Under the pieces are notes generated by a model. That model made no database searches and was not told the DNA's origin. It saw only the letters and a program-made list of their open reading frames with translations. Of a stretch of DNA of 64,000 nucleotides, positions 24,704 to 38,300 are shown piece after piece. Origin of the DNA: Octopus sinensis (taxonomy: Eukaryota). Location: positions 64,914,001-64,978,000 of the forward strand of contig NC_043001.1 of NCBI RefSeq assembly GCF_006345805.1, written 5' to 3'. Every line of letters begins with the position of its first letter. The stretch's first letter is position 1. Both the position numbers and the translations under genes were made by a program.

Positions 24704-27700
24704 ATGTCTCGTATTTGTGTAGGATGCGTAAATGTGCGTGGCCTGATGGCGAGCCGGAAGCAAGGGCGCTTCCTAAATGACATCAGGTCACGGGATTTAG
24801 ATGTTGTTGTTGCCACAGAAACCCGGTTAAAAGGGCCAAGAGATCTGCTCCCGCTGTTCGACGGTTACGAGGGAATTATCTCTCCAAACCCGTCGGTCGG
24901 CGGAAGTGGGGTGTTGGTCCTGGTGAAAAGGAACCGGGTTTCTGGGAAAAAGTTGATTTTTGCAGATCCAGAAGGTAGGCTGGTCGTCGTTGATTTGACG
25001 TTCAGCAGTCGTAAGACAATCAGACTGGTTGCGGTTTACGCCCCCAATAATAAGGGGAATAGTGAGTATTTTCGGAACCTGGAGAAGTTTCTCAGTACAT
25101 CGTGCCCTTTAGTAATGTTAGGAGACTACAACACAATCTGCAATGTGTGGGTAGACTGTGTAGGCTCGCAAACAGACAGGAAAGGAAATGCCTGCTTCCT
25201 GGATCTACTAAGACGTTTTGAGCTGGTAGATCCATATAGACTGGAACATCCGGACGCTCCATTGTGGACATGGACAAACAGCGACGGATCGTCAAGGTCA
25301 TACATAGATAGGAGTTTAATTAGGAAGGTAGATAGAAACCTAGTTAAGAGTCCACAGCTCCACGTAGTCAGCTACAGTGACCACAAGATGGTCACCTGTA
25401 AGCTAGACGTAGATAAGATAAATAGAGGTCCTGGTTACTGGAAACTTAATACGTCCCTTTTGGCGATTAAGGAGTACAGTGACAGGATTAGGTTGATGAT
25501 CCAGAGGGCCATAACCGGCTCCATTATCAATAACAAATGGTGGTATGCCCTCAAGCGAGCCATAAGATATGAGTCTATTAGATATAGTATAGATCTCGTA
25601 GCTAGAGAGGCTAGAAAAGAAACTACTCTAGTTAAGGACCTAGAGGAAGCAATGCGAACTGGCAACGCGGCTCAAGTGAGGGCCAAGAGACTGGTTTTAA
25701 ACCAGCACCTCGAAACCAAACACATGGGTTGCATTGTCAGAGCTAGACAACGTACAATGGGGAGCGAAGGAATTAATGCCGCGAGATGGGCCCGAGTGGT
25801 GGAAGCCCAACGTGGCAACGATGCCACAATTCGATCTCTGACGAACCAACAAGGTAAGTTGACAGACGAGCCCGAGGAGATGTGTCAAGCTTTTCAGGAC
25901 CACTTCGCCCAGCTCTTTGGGGGTGGCGGCGGGCCGGATGAGAGGAGGGACCTTACGGACCTCCTTGACGGACTGCCGCGGCTCTCGGGGCGGGACGCGG
26001 AGTGTAGTGAGAAGCCGATCACGCCTGAGGAGGTAATAGAGACCATGGCAGACTGCGGTGCGGGTAAGGCGCCGGGGCTGGATGGTCTGCCCTACGAGCT
26101 TTATAAAAGTATGCCGGACTTGTTCGGGGACTTACTGGCGGACGTCTACGCGAACTGGCAGCAGAATGGGTTCATACCCAGATCTGTGCGCCGGGGAGTG
26201 GTGACACTAGTCAGGAAGGACCAGAGCAAGGGGGACGTCATTGATAATTTCAGGCCCATCACTCTGCTTAACGCAGAGTTGAAGATTTTGGCCAAAGTGT
26301 TATCGAACAGATTGGCGCATGTCGCGAATGGACTGATCGGGAAAGCGCAAACGTGCGCCGTACCGGGCAGAACCATTCAGGATAATCTCCATCTAATTAG
26401 ATACACGATAGAGGGAATGGATAACGATCCCGGCAAGGGAGGGGCAGTGGTCCATTTAGACCAGTCAAAAGCTTTCGATAGGGTCGACCATCGTTACCTG
26501 GTGTCCGTCCTGGCTCAGTTCGGCCTGGGTCTTGGCTTCCTCAGGTGGATCATACAATTGTATGACAACGTCGACTCGGTAGTTCGGGTGAACGACTTTA
26601 TTTCTAAGGCGTTTAAGGTCAAACGCTCGGTCCGTCAGGGATGTCCGCTCTCCCCGCTTTTGTATGTAGTGGCTCTCGAGCCGCTGCTGCGAAAACTGAG
26701 TGGCATCCCGAGGCTGCCAGGTCGTGGAATGTCGGTTTCGGCGTACGCGGATGACATCACTATCATCGTGACCGAAATGGACCTCCTACGTAAAGTAGGC
26801 AAGGCCATAGAGGTTTACGAGACGGTGACAGGAGCAAAGGTTAATCGTGAAAAGTCAGTCGGCACCTGGAGAGGCAAGTCGATGCCTCCAGACAGCGTCG
26901 TGGGACGTTGGACGGAGGGCCCGATTAAGTTGCTCGGGGTCTGGTTTGGACCAGGCCTCCAAATAGAGAAGAACTGGAGCGAGGTATCGAGCAGGGTGAC
27001 CGCAGTAGTCAAGACCTGGTCTTGGCGGTGGTTATCCCTGAAAGGTAGGGCGGAGGTAGCCAATGTGTTTATCGCATCGGTGATCACCTACCGCCTTGCC
27101 GTCGTGCCTTGCCCGGATTCGTGGTTGAACAAGTTGGAGAGACAGCTCTTTCACTTTTTGTGGAAGGGCTCGAAACCACTTGTGAAACGCTCTATTTGTT
27201 GTCAAAAACCGTTACAGGGTGGACTAGGGATGCCGTGGCTAATGATGCGCAGAAATGCGCTGAGGCTAAGGCACCTGTGGCTCCATCTGGATGGTGAACG
27301 GGTGTGGTCTCCGCTGGCGAAGCAGATGTTTCCCAGGTTCACCAGTTTCGGTGGACGGGAAGACTGGTATAACCGTAGATCGAAGTTGGGTACATGGTAC
27401 ACGGAGTGCCGTAAGGCACTCCGATTATTCCGTCGCTCGGGCAATGCCTGCGGCAGTGGTTCTACCGCTGTGTTTTATAGAGGTTTTGTAGAGGCCGGTA
27501 ACGATGATACGCTAGGGGAAACCCTAGGTTTCGAGGATAATCAGCTGGCCAGTCTGTTCCAACGTACATTCGGGCCGAAGGCACTGGATAATTTCCAGAA
27601 GTCTTTGGCTTGGCAGTGTTACCGAGGAGCCTTACCTGTTCGGGATAAACTCGCAAGGCATGGTGCCCCAGTCAGCCCGACCTGCGCGAGATGTAGGCGA

Positions 27701-28084
27701 GATAGGGAAACCGTCTCGCACGCGATCGTGCGGTGCCCGGAGGTGACAGACATGTGGGTTTATGCCGAACAACTGATGTCAAGTGGAGGAAGAGTACAGC
27801 TATCAGCCGAATCCATTGTGAATATCAGCCCACCTGATTTCTTAACGAAAGAAGGTAAGAATTGTTTTCTCTCTGTGGTTTCAATTGCGAAACAGGCAGT
27901 ATGGAAGACGCGGGTGAAAGGGATGCTAACAGGCGACTTCATCTCCGGTTCTAGTCTGGTGGAATACTTCAAATTCCACCTGAAAAGACAAATAGAACTT
28001 GAGAGGAGGAGCCTGAGTAAGAAAGTGTTCGATGAAAGGTGGAAGAATGTGGCGAATAAAAGGTCCCTCACAAATGCGAGATAG
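24704..28084 (+). CDS. Tx1 ORF2: APE endonuclease, reverse transcriptase, C-terminal CCHC (1126 aa)
   Basis: NVRGL, GDYN, SDH, PGLDG, FRPITLLN, KAFDRV, RQGCPLSP, YADD, CARC..ETVSHAIVRC. Has a 12-bp in-frame deletion relative to copies 2 and 3. Confidence 0.97.
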   Translation: MSRICVGCVNVRGLMASRKQGRFLNDIRSRDLDVVVATETRLKGPRDLLPLFDGYEGIISPNPSVGGSGVLVLVKRNRVSGKKLIFADPEGRLVVVDLTFSSRKTIRLVAVYAPNNKGNSEYFRNLEKFLSTSCPLVMLGDYNTICNVWVDCVGSQTDRKGNACFLDLLRRFELVDPYRLEHPDAPLWTWTNSDGSSRSYIDRSLIRKVDRNLVKSPQLHVVSYSDHKMVTCKLDVDKINRGPGYWKLNTSLLAIKEYSDRIRLMIQRAITGSIINNKWWYALKRAIRYESIRYSIDLVAREARKETTLVKDLEEAMRTGNAAQVRAKRLVLNQHLETKHMGCIVRARQRTMGSEGINAARWARVVEAQRGNDATIRSLTNQQGKLTDEPEEMCQAFQDHFAQLFGGGGGPDERRDLTDLLDGLPRLSGRDAECSEKPITPEEVIETMADCGAGKAPGLDGLPYELYKSMPDLFGDLLADVYANWQQNGFIPRSVRRGVVTLVRKDQSKGDVIDNFRPITLLNAELKILAKVLSNRLAHVANGLIGKAQTCAVPGRTIQDNLHLIRYTIEGMDNDPGKGGAVVHLDQSKAFDRVDHRYLVSVLAQFGLGLGFLRWIIQLYDNVDSVVRVNDFISKAFKVKRSVRQGCPLSPLLYVVALEPLLRKLSGIPRLPGRGMSVSAYADDITIIVTEMDLLRKVGKAIEVYETVTGAKVNREKSVGTWRGKSMPPDSVVGRWTEGPIKLLGVWFGPGLQIEKNWSEVSSRVTAVVKTWSWRWLSLKGRAEVANVFIASVITYRLAVVPCPDSWLNKLERQLFHFLWKGSKPLVKRSICCQKPLQGGLGMPWLMMRRNALRLRHLWLHLDGERVWSPLAKQMFPRFTSFGGREDWYNRRSKLGTWYTECRKALRLFRRSGNACGSGSTAVFYRGFVEAGNDDTLGETLGFEDNQLASLFQRTFGPKALDNFQKSLAWQCYRGALPVRDKLARHGAPVSPTCARCRRDRETVSHAIVRCPEVTDMWVYAEQLMSSGGRVQLSAESIVNISPPDFLTKEGKNCFLSVVSIAKQAVWKTRVKGMLTGDFISGSSLVEYFKFHLKRQIELERRSLSKKVFDERWKNVANKRSLTNAR

Positions 28085-28580
28085 ACCTGGAAAAAAAAAA
28101 GTAAACACAAGTCTAAGTGTCGTGGCGGGGAGCGTGGGGTCCGCGGACCCGCCCCACTGCATTCTGTCAATTTGTAAATGTGTCTTTGTAATTGTAATTG
28201 TAATTTCATTCGATTTTATTGTTCAGTCAAATTTTTAAATTGATCCCACAAAGCATCTTATTGTATCATCATTCGTGATTGTCATGTTTTTGTCTATGTA
28301 GCCCCTAGTGGGTAATAAAGAATTTGAAATTCGGCAAAGAATTTTTGAAGGCGTCGGTTGTGTGTTGAAAGTAAGCTAAAATATTGTTAATAATTGTGTT
28401 TGATTTACCTTGTTGAAAATTTGTTGTTAAAACGTTGTTTTGAAAATTTGACTGGTTTGTGAACCAGAGAACTTTGTTATTCCCCTCCTTTAAGGAGGGG
28501 AAGTATTGTGAAATATATATTTTGTGTGTTAACACAATTTAACAAAAAAAAAAAAAATACATATATCCATTTTTGTGAAA

Positions 28581-30076
28581 ATGGATAACAAAAAAGTAAT
28601 TACCAATGAAGGTTCACCTTCAAAGGCAAAGAATGTAGGTTCACCTACAAAAGGAAAAATTGTAGGTTCACCTACAAAAGAAAACAAAGCAGGAGAACCT
28701 GAAACAATTTCACCGACAATTGAAACAGGAAAAAAAACGTTCAACTTTGCCGCCGCAGCAGGCAGGAAGACAGAGGACATCGACCCAGAAGAAATAGACT
28801 TCGAAGAATACAAGGAAATGTATAAGAGGGAGGGAAACAGCATAAAGGCTACCCTCCCCAAAGAAATCAAAACAAACACGATGAAGAAAATAGTGACTTT
28901 TAAATCGTTCTTAATCAAGGGGAAAAAATAGGAAAAATTACAAAAGAGCAGGCAGAAAAATGCCTAAAACCAATTTGGGCTGACATAGAATACGTTACAT
29001 GGGGAAGGAAGTATGCTACAATTGTGGTATACTTCAAAGAAGAAGAAAAAGCGAAGATTCATTCAATCAACCCCATTAAAACGAGTGAAATAATTCTTCT
29101 TCCCTCCTAAATGGGGAGGCGTACATCGAGGATCAAAATAGAAGAGATCCCGATAGAAATTGAAGTAAAGAGCCTCATCCCAGCCCTATTCATGGGGATG
29201 GAAGGAAAAATAAAAATTATCAACATAACCAAGATTAAGATGGAGAATTGGAAGGGACAGGCGCTGCAGGTAATAGTGCAGGCTGCGCCAGAGACGTTAG
29301 AGGAGGTCCCCGAAAGTATCGACTTCGATGACGACATAAACTTGCGGGTGGTGGTGGAGGGGCGTAAGCCCAGATGCTACGGGTGTGGCGAAAAGGGCCA
29401 CATCCGAGCAGAATGCCCCGCCCGCAAGAAGGAGGAAGAAGAGAAGAGAAAAACAGAAGAGGAGAGGAGAAAAAATATCATAACAGAAGAAGAGAAAACA
29501 CAAGAAGACGATTTCGTAACGCCAAGGAAGGTGAAAAAAAGAAAAAACACAGACATGAACACACCAAACCCTGGCATAAAAAAGACCAACACCCAGGGAG
29601 GGAAACCCACCCCTCCCAAACTTGGTTCCCCACAAAAAGGGAAAAAAGATAAGACCCCACCAGACCAACCCGAACCACCCCCACCCCACAGTACCCAGCA
29701 TTACCCACCCCTCCAAACGACTTCCCCGTGCTCCTCCCCGTCATACTCCCCGGTCTCCCTCTCCACCTCCTCCACCTCCTCCCCATCACCCCCACAAAGC
29801 CCACAAAAAAGAGTTACAGAATTTCAAATAGTATATGCTGCAATAAATAAGGACAACGACAGACTTAGAAGCGCAATTGGAAACATACAAAGCGCGGGAA
29901 AAATAAAAATCCATAGAAATCTACATAAAAATGTAGAAATTTACAAATTGGACCTTTTGAACTATAACATAATAAACGCACAGTTTGCAGGGCACATAAG
30001 GGGTCCGCGACTCGAAGTGGACGAGTCACTGATTAAAGCGGACTTCACCCCCCGACCAACAGGGACACCATCGTAA
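28581..30076 (+). pseudogene. Tx1 ORF1, divergent variant, with frameshift and stop
   Basis: Frameshift near 28925 and TAT>TAA at 29108; many substitutions relative to copies 1 and 3. Confidence 0.85.
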
Positions 30077-30086
30077 GGTAAGTAAA

Positions 30087-33000
30087 ATGTCTCGTATTTG
30101 TGTAGGATGTGTAAATGTGCGTGGCTTAATGGCGAGCTGGAAGCAAGGGCGCTTCCTAAATGACATCAGGTCACGGGATTTAGATGTTGTTGTTGCCACA
30201 GAAACCCGGTTAAAAGGGCCAAGAGATCTGCTCCCGCTGTTCGACGGTTACGAGAGAATTATCTCTCCGAACCCGTCGGTCGGCGGAAGTGGGGTGTTGG
30301 TCCTGGTGAAAAAGAACCGGGTTTCTGGGAAAAAGTTGATTTTTGCAGATCCAGAAGGTAGGCTGGTCGTCGTTGATTTGACGTTCAGCAGTCGTAAGAC
30401 AATCAGACTGGTTGCGGTTTACGCTCCCAATAATAAGGGGAATAGTGAGTATTTTCGGAATCTGGAGAAGTTTCTCAGTACATCGTGCCCTTTAGTAATG
30501 TTAGGAGACTACAACACAATCTGCAATGTGCGGGTAGACTGTGTAGGCTCGCAAACAGACAGGAAAGGAAATGCTTGCTTCCTGGATCTACTAAGACGTT
30601 TTGAGCTGGTAGATCCATATAGACTGGAACATCCGGACGCTCCATTGTGGACATGGACAAACAGCGACGGATCGTCAAGGTCATACATAGACAGGATTTT
30701 AATTAGGAAGGTAGATAGAAACCTAGTTAATAGTACACAGCTCCACATAGTCAGCTACAGTGACCACAAGATGGTCACCTGTAAGCTAGACGTAGATAAG
30801 ATAAATAGAGGTCCTGGTTACTGGAAACTTAATACGTCCCTTTTGGCGATTAAGGAGTACAGTGACAGGATTAGGTTAATGATCCAGAGGGCCATGACTG
30901 GCTCCATTATCAATAACAAATGGTGGTATGCCCTCAAGCGAGCCATAAGATATGAGTCTATTAGATATAGTATAGGTCTCGTAGCTAGAGAGGCTAGAAA
31001 AGAAACTACTCTAGTTAAGGACCTAGAGGAAGCAATGCGAACTGGCAACGCGGCTCAGGTGAGGGCCAAGAGACTGGTTTTAAACCAGCACCTCGAAACC
31101 AAACACATGGGTTGCATTGTCAGAGCTAGACAACGTACAATGGGGAGCGAAGGAATTAATGCCGCGAGATGGGCCCGAGTGGTGGAAGCCCAACGTGGCA
31201 ACGATGCCACAATTCGATCTCTGACGAACCAACATGGTAAGTTGACAGACGAGCCCGAGGAGATGTGTCAAGCTTTTCAGGACCACTTCGCCCAGCTCTT
31301 TGGGGGTGGCGGCGGGCTGGATGAGAGGAGGGACCTAACGGACCTTCTTGACGGACTGCCGCGCCTCTCGGGGCAGGATGCGGAGTGTAGTGAGAAGCCG
31401 ATCACGCCTGAGGAGGTAATGGAGGCCATGGCAGACTGCGGTGCGGGTAAGGCGCCGGGACTTGATGGTCTGCCCTACGAGCTTTATAAAAGTATGCCGG
31501 ACTTGTTCGGGGACTTACTGGCGGACGTCTACGCGAACTGGCAGCAGAATGGGTTCATACCCAGATCTGTGCGCCGGGGAGTGGTGACACTAGTCAGGAA
31601 GGACCAGAGCAAGGGGGACGTCATTGATAATTTCAGGCCCATCACTCTGCTTAACGCAGAGTTGAAGATTTTGGCTAAAGTGTTATCGAACAGATTGGCG
31701 CATGTCGCGAATGGACTGATCGGGAAAGCGCAAACGTGCGCCGTACCGGGCAGAACCATTCAGGATAATCTCCATCTAATTAGATACACGATAGAGGGAA
31801 TGGATAACGATCCCGGCAAGGGAGGGGCAGTGGTCCATTTAGACCAGTCAAAAGCTTTCGATAGGGTCGACCATCGTTACCTGGTGTCCGTCCTGGCTCA
31901 GTTCGGCCTGGGTCTTGGCTTCCTCAGGTGGATCATACAATTGTATGACAACGTCGACTCGGTAGTTCGGGTGAACGGCTTTATTTCTAAGCCGTTCAAG
32001 GTCAAACGCTCGGTCCGTCAGGGATGTCCGCTCTCCCCGCTTTTGTATGTAGTAGCTCTCGAGCCGCTGCTGCGAAAACTGAGTGGCATCCCGAGGCAGC
32101 CAGGTCGTGGAATGTCGGTTTCGGCGTACGCGGATGACATCACTATCATCGTGGCCGAAATGGACCTCCTACGTAAAGTAGGCAAGGCCATAGAGGTTTA
32201 CGAGACGGTGACAGGAGCAAAGGTTAATCGTGAAAAGTCAGTCGGCTTGCAACTCGGCACCTGGAGAGGCAAGTCGATGCCTCCAGACAGCGTCGTGGGA
32301 CGTTGGACGGAGGGCCCGATTAAGTTGCTCGGGGTCTGGTTCGGACCAGGCCTCCAAATAGAGAAGAACTGGAGCGAGGTATCGAGCAGGGTGACCGCAG
32401 TAGTCAAGACCTGGTCTTGGCGGTGGTTATCCCTGAAAGGTAGGGCGGAGGTAGCCAATGTGTTCATCGCATCGGTGATCACCTACCGCCTTGCCGTCGT
32501 GCCTTGCCGTCGTGCCTTGCCCGGATTCGTGGTCGAACAAGTTGGAGAGACAGCTCTTTCACTTTTTGTGGAAGGGCTCGAAACCACTTGTGAAACGCTC
32601 TATTTGTTGTCAAAAACCGTTACAGGGTGGACTAGGGATGCCGTGGCTAATGATGCGCAGAAATGCGCTGAGGCTAAGGCACCTGTGGCTCCATCTGGAT
32701 GGTGAACGGGTGTGGTCTCCGCTGGCGAAGCAGATGTTCCCCAGGTTCACCAGTTTCGGTGGACGGGAAGACTGGTATAATCGTAGATCGAAGTTGGGTA
32801 CATGGTACACGGAGTGCCGGAAGGCACTCCGACTATTCCGTCGCTCGGGCAATGCCTGCGGCAGTGGTTCTACCGCTGTGTTTTATAGAGGTTTTGTAGA
32901 GGCCGGTAACGATGATACGCTAGGGGAAACCCTAGGTTTCGACGATAATCAGCTGGCCAGTCTGTTCCAACGTACATTCGGCCCGAAGGCACTGGATAAT

Positions 33001-33423
33001 TTCCAGAAGTCTTTGGCTTGGCAGTGTTACCGAGGAGCCTTACCTGTTCGGGATAAACTCGCAAGGCATGGTGCCCCAGTCAGCCCGACCTGTGCGAGAT
33101 GTGGGCGAGATAGGGAAACCGTCTCGCACGCGATCGTGCGGTGCCCGGAGGTGACAGACATGTGGGTTTATGCCGAACAACTGATGTCAAGTGGAGGAAG
33201 AGTACAGCTATCAGCCGAATCCATTGTGAATATCAGCCCACCTGATTTCTTAACGAAAGAAGGTAAGAATTGTTTTCTCTCTGTGGTTTCAATTGCGAAA
33301 CAGGCAGTATGGAAGACGCGGGTGAAAGGGATGCTAACAGGCGACTTCATCTCCGGTTCTAGTCTGGTGGAATACTTCAAACGCCCCACTGCATTCTGTC
33401 AATTTGTAAAAGTGTCTTTGTAA
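30087..33423 (+). pseudogene. Tx1 ORF2 with frameshift and 3' deletion
   Basis: A 13-bp tandem duplication CCTTGCCGTCGTG near 32489-32514 shifts the frame; a deletion at ~33381 removes the ORF end and the start of the 3' UTR. Confidence 0.92.
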
Positions 33424-33802
33424 TTGTAATTTCATTCGATTTTATTGTTCAGTCAAATTTTTAATTGATCCCACAAAGCATCTTATTGTATCATCATTCG
33501 TGATTGTCATGTTCTTTTCTATGTCGCCCCTAGTGGGTAATAAAAATTTGAAATTCGGCAAAGAATTTTTGAAGGAGTCGGTTGTGTTTTTTCACGTAAG
33601 CCAAAATATTGTTAAAATTGTGTTGAAATTGTTTGTTTAAAAAATTGTTTGTTAAATTGTTATATTGAACTTTAACTGGTTTTTGAACCAGGAAAACGTT
33701 GTTATTCCCCTCCTTTAAGGAGGGGAAATAGTGTGTGAAATAATTTGTGCGTTGTAGCGCAATTAAACAAACAAAAAAAATATATACATCCATTTGTTGA
33801 AA

Positions 33803-35361
33803 ATGGATAAAACATTCGAAAATGTTGCCAATGAAGGTTCACCTTCTAAAGAAAATATTGTAGGTTCTCCTACAAAGGAAAACACTATTGACTCCAAACC
33901 AAGTTCATCAGCAGTAGAAAACGAGGAAAATATTGTAGGTTCGCCTACAAAGGAAAACACTATGTTGAAAAATGATTCTAAACCAAGTTCACCAGCGGTT
34001 GAAACCGAGAAAAAAACGGTTAACTTTGCTGCCGCAGCCGGCAGAAAGACTGGAGAAATTAAACCGGAAGACATTGATTACGACAAATACAAGGACAGGT
34101 ACAAAAGGGAGGGGAACAACATAAAAGCCACCCTCCCACAAGAAATAAAAACCAGCACCATGAAGAAAATGGTAATTTTTAAATTGTTTATCATTAAGGA
34201 AAAGAAAATAGAAAAAATAACAAAAGAGCAGGCCGAAAAATGTCTCGAACCAATATGGACGGATATTGACTTCGTTACATGGGGTAAGAAATATGCAACG
34301 ATAATGGTCTACTTTAAAGAGGAGGAACAGGCGAGGAAACACTCGATCAACCCTTTAAAAACTACAGACATAATTCTTCTCCCCTCGTATATGGGGAGAA
34401 GAACAATAAAAATTAAAATAGATGACATACTACCAGAAATTGAGGTAGAAAACCTCATTCCAGCCCTATTTATGGGACTGAAAGAAAAAATTAATATCAT
34501 AAACATCGTCAGAACCCAGAAGGAGAATTGGAAGGGACAAGCTTTACAGATAATAGTGCAAGCGGCGCCGGAAACGTTAGAGGAGGTGCCTGAGTTTATT
34601 AATTTCGACGATGAAATAAACTTGCGGGTGGTGGTCGAAGGGCGTAAGCCCAGATGCTACGGGTGTGGAGAAAAGGGCCACATCCGAGCAGAATGCCCCA
34701 CCCGCAAGAAAGAAGAAGAAGAAGCAAGGAAAAAAGCTGAAGAAGAGGAGAGGAGGAAGAAAACGACTGAAACAGAAGAAGGAAAAAAACAAGAGGGGGA
34801 TGACGATTTCGTGATACACAGAAAAATGAAAAAAAGGAAAAATACGGACCTAAATATACCCAACAATAGCACAAAAAAGAGTAACACCCAGGGGGGGAAA
34901 CCCACCCCACCCAAACACGGTTCTCCACAAAAGGAAAAAAAAGATAAGACCCCCCCCAGTCCAACCCGAACCACCCCTACCCCACAGTACCGTACATTAC
35001 CCTCCCCTCCAAATGACCTCCCCGTATTCTCCCCCTTCATATTCCCCAAACTCCTCCCCCCTCCTCCCCATCACCCCCTCAAAGCCCCCAAAAGAAAATC
35101 ACGGAGTTCCAAGTGGTTTATGCAGCCATCAACAAAGACAACGACAGTTTAAGCAGCGGGATGGGAAACATCCCAACCGCTGAAAAAATACAAACACACA
35201 GAAAATTTTTTAAAAATGTAGAAATATACAAAATGGATTTACTAAACTTTAATATTTTAAATGCGCAGTATTCAGGGGACATAAGGGGTCCGCGGCTCGA
35301 TGTACACGAGTCACTTATTAAAGCGGACTTCACCCCCCGACCAACAGAGACACCGACATAA
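33803..35361 (+). CDS. Tx1 ORF1, frameshift in C-rich tract near 34955
   Basis: ORFs 33794-35152 and 35113-35361; colinear with copy 1. Confidence 0.85.
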
Positions 35362-35371
35362 AGGTAAGTAA

Positions 35372-38300
35372 ATGTCTCGTATTTGTGTAGGATGTGTAAA
35401 TGTGCGTGGCCTGATGGCGAGCTGGAAGCAAGGGCGCTTCCTAAATGACATCAGGTCACGGGATTTAGATGTTGTTGCCACAGAAACCCGGTTAAAGGGG
35501 CCAAAAGATCTGCTCCCGCTGTTCGACGGTTACGAGAGAATTATCTCTCCGAACCCGTCGGTCGGCGGAAGTGGGGTGTTGGTCCTGATGAAAAAGAACC
35601 GGGTTTCTGAGAAAAAGTTGATTTTTGCAGATCCAGAAGGTAGGCTGGTCGTCGTTGATTTGACGTTCAGCAGTCGTAAGACAATCAGACTGGTTGCGGT
35701 TTACGCTCCCAATAATAAGGGGAATAGTGAGTATTTTCGGAATCTGGAGAAGTTTCTCAGTACATCGTGCCCTTTAGTAATGTTAGGAGACTACAACACA
35801 ATCTGCAATGTGCGGGTAGACTGTGTAGGCTCGCAAACAGACAGGAAAGGAAATGCTTGCTTCCTGGATCTACTAAGACGTTTTGAGCTGGTAGATCCAT
35901 ATAGACTGGAACATCCGGACGCTCCATTGTGGACATGGTCAAACAGCGACGGATCGTCAAGGTCATACATAGACAGGATTTTAATTAGGAAGGTAGATAG
36001 AAACCTAGTTAAGAGTCCACAGCTCCACATAGTCAGCTACAGTGACCACAAGATGGTCACCTGTAAGCTAGACGTAGATAAGATAAATAGAGGTCCTGGT
36101 TATTGGAAACTTAATACGTCCCTTTTGGCGATTAAGGAGTACAGTGACAGGATTAGGTTAATGATCCAGAGGGCCATAACCGGCTCCATCATCAATAACA
36201 AATGGTGGTATGCCCTCAAGCGAGCCATAAGATATGAGTCTATTAGATATAGTATAGGTCTCGTAGCTAGAGAGGCTAGAAAAGAAACTACTCTAGTTAA
36301 GGACCTAGAGGAAGCAATGCGAACTGGCAACGCGGCTCAGGTGAAGGCCAAGAGACTGGTTTTAAACCAGCACCTCGAAGCCAAACACATGGGTTGCATT
36401 GTCAGAGCTAGACAACGTACAATGGGGAGCGAAGGAATTAATGCCGCGAGATGGGCCCGAGTGGTGGAAGCCCAACGTGGCAACGATGCCACAATTCGAT
36501 CTCTGACGAACCAACAAGGTAAGTTGACAGACGAGCCCGAGGAGATGTGTCAAGCTTTTCAGGACCACTTCGCCCAGCTCTTTGGGGGTGGCGGCGGGCC
36601 GGATGAGAGGAGGGACCTTACGGACCTCCTTGACGGACTGCCGCGCCTCTCGGGGCAGGATGCGGAGTGTAGTGAGAAGCCGATCACGCCTGAGGAGGTA
36701 ATGGAGGCCATGGCAGACTGCGGTGCGGGTAAGGCGCCGGGACTTGATGGTCTGCCCTACGAGCTTTATAAAAGTATGCCGGACTTGTTCGGGGACTTAC
36801 TGGCGGACGTCTACGCGAACTGGCAGCAGAATGGGTTCATACCCAGATCTGTGCGCCGGGGAGTGGTGACACTAGTCAGGAAGGACCAGAGCAAGGGGGA
36901 CGTCATTGATAATTTCAGGCCCATCACTCTGCTTAACGCAGAGTTGAAGATTTTGGCTAAAGTGTTATCGAACAGATTGGCGCATGTCGCGAATGGACTG
37001 ATCGGGAAAGCGCAAACGTGCGCCGTACCGGGCAGAACCATTCAGGATAATCTCCATCTAATTAGATACACGATAGAGGGAATGGATAACGATCCCGGCA
37101 AGGGAGGGGCAGTGGTCCATTTAGACCAGTCAAAAGCTTTCGATAGGGTCGACCATCGTTACCTGGTGTCCGTCCTGGCTCAGTTCGGCCTGGGTCTTGG
37201 CTTCCTCAGGTGGATCATACAATTGTATGACAACGTCGACTCGGTAGTTCGGGTGAACGGCTTTATTTCTAAGCCGTTCAAGGTCAAACGCTCGGTCCGT
37301 CAGGGATGTCCGCTCTCCCCGCTTTTGTATGTAGTGGCTCTCGAGCCGCTGCTGCGAAAACTGAGTGGCATCCCGAGGCAGCCAGGTCGTGGAATGTCGG
37401 TTTCGGCGTACGCGGATGACATCACTATCATCGTGACCGAAATGGACCTCCTACGTAAAGTAGGCAAGGCCATAGAGGTTTACGAGACGGTGACAGGAGC
37501 AAAGGTTAATCGTGAAAAGTCAGTCGGCTTGCAACTCGGCACCTGGAGAGGCAAGTCGATGCCTCCAGACAGCGTCGTGGGACGTTGGACGGAGGGCCCG
37601 ATTAAGTTGCTCGGGGTCTGGTTTGGACCAGGCCTCCAAATAGAGAAGAACTGGAGCGAGGTATCGAGCAGGGTGACCGCAGTAGTCAAGACCTGGTCTT
37701 GGCGGTGGTTATCCCTGAAAGGTAGGGCGGAGGTAGCCAATGTGTTTATCGCATCGGTGATCACCTACCGCCTTGCCGTCGTGCCTTGCCCGGACTCGTG
37801 GTTGAACAAGTTGGAGAGACAGCTCTTTCACTTTTTGTGGAAGGGCTCGAAACCACTTGTGAAACGCTCTATTTGTTGTCAAAAACCGTTACAGGGTGGA
37901 CTAGGGATGCCGTGGCTAATGATGCGCAGAAATGCGCTGAGGCTAAGGAACCTGTGGCTCCATCTGGATGGTGAACGGGTGTGGTCTCCGCTGGCGAAGC
38001 AGATGTTCCCCAGGTTCACCAGTTTCGGTGCACGGGAAGACTGGTATAATCGTAGATCGAAGTTGGGTACATGGTACACGGAGTGTCGTAAGGCACTCCG
38101 ACTATTCCGTCGCTCGGGCAATGCCTGCGGCAGTGGTTCTACCGCTGTGTTTTATAGAAGGTTGGTAGAGGCCGGTAACGATGATACGCTAGGGGAAACC
38201 CTAGGTTTCGACGATAATCAGCTGGCCAGTCTGTTCCAACGTACATTCGGCCCGAAGGCACTGGATAATTTCCAGAAGTCTTTGGCTTGGCAGTGTTATC

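Larger units (their letters stand above)
22918..28325 (+). mobile_element. Full-length Tx1-clade LINE, copy 1
   Basis: 5' TTTTTGAAGGAGTCGG, ORF1 and ORF2, 3' GCCCCTAGTGGGTAATAAAGAATTT; flanked by GAAATTCGGCAAAGAA at 22902-22917 and 28326-28341. Confidence 0.95.
28342..33549 (+). mobile_element. Full-length Tx1-clade LINE, copy 2 (disabled)
   Basis: Same termini as copy 1; next junction duplication at 33550-33565. Confidence 0.95.
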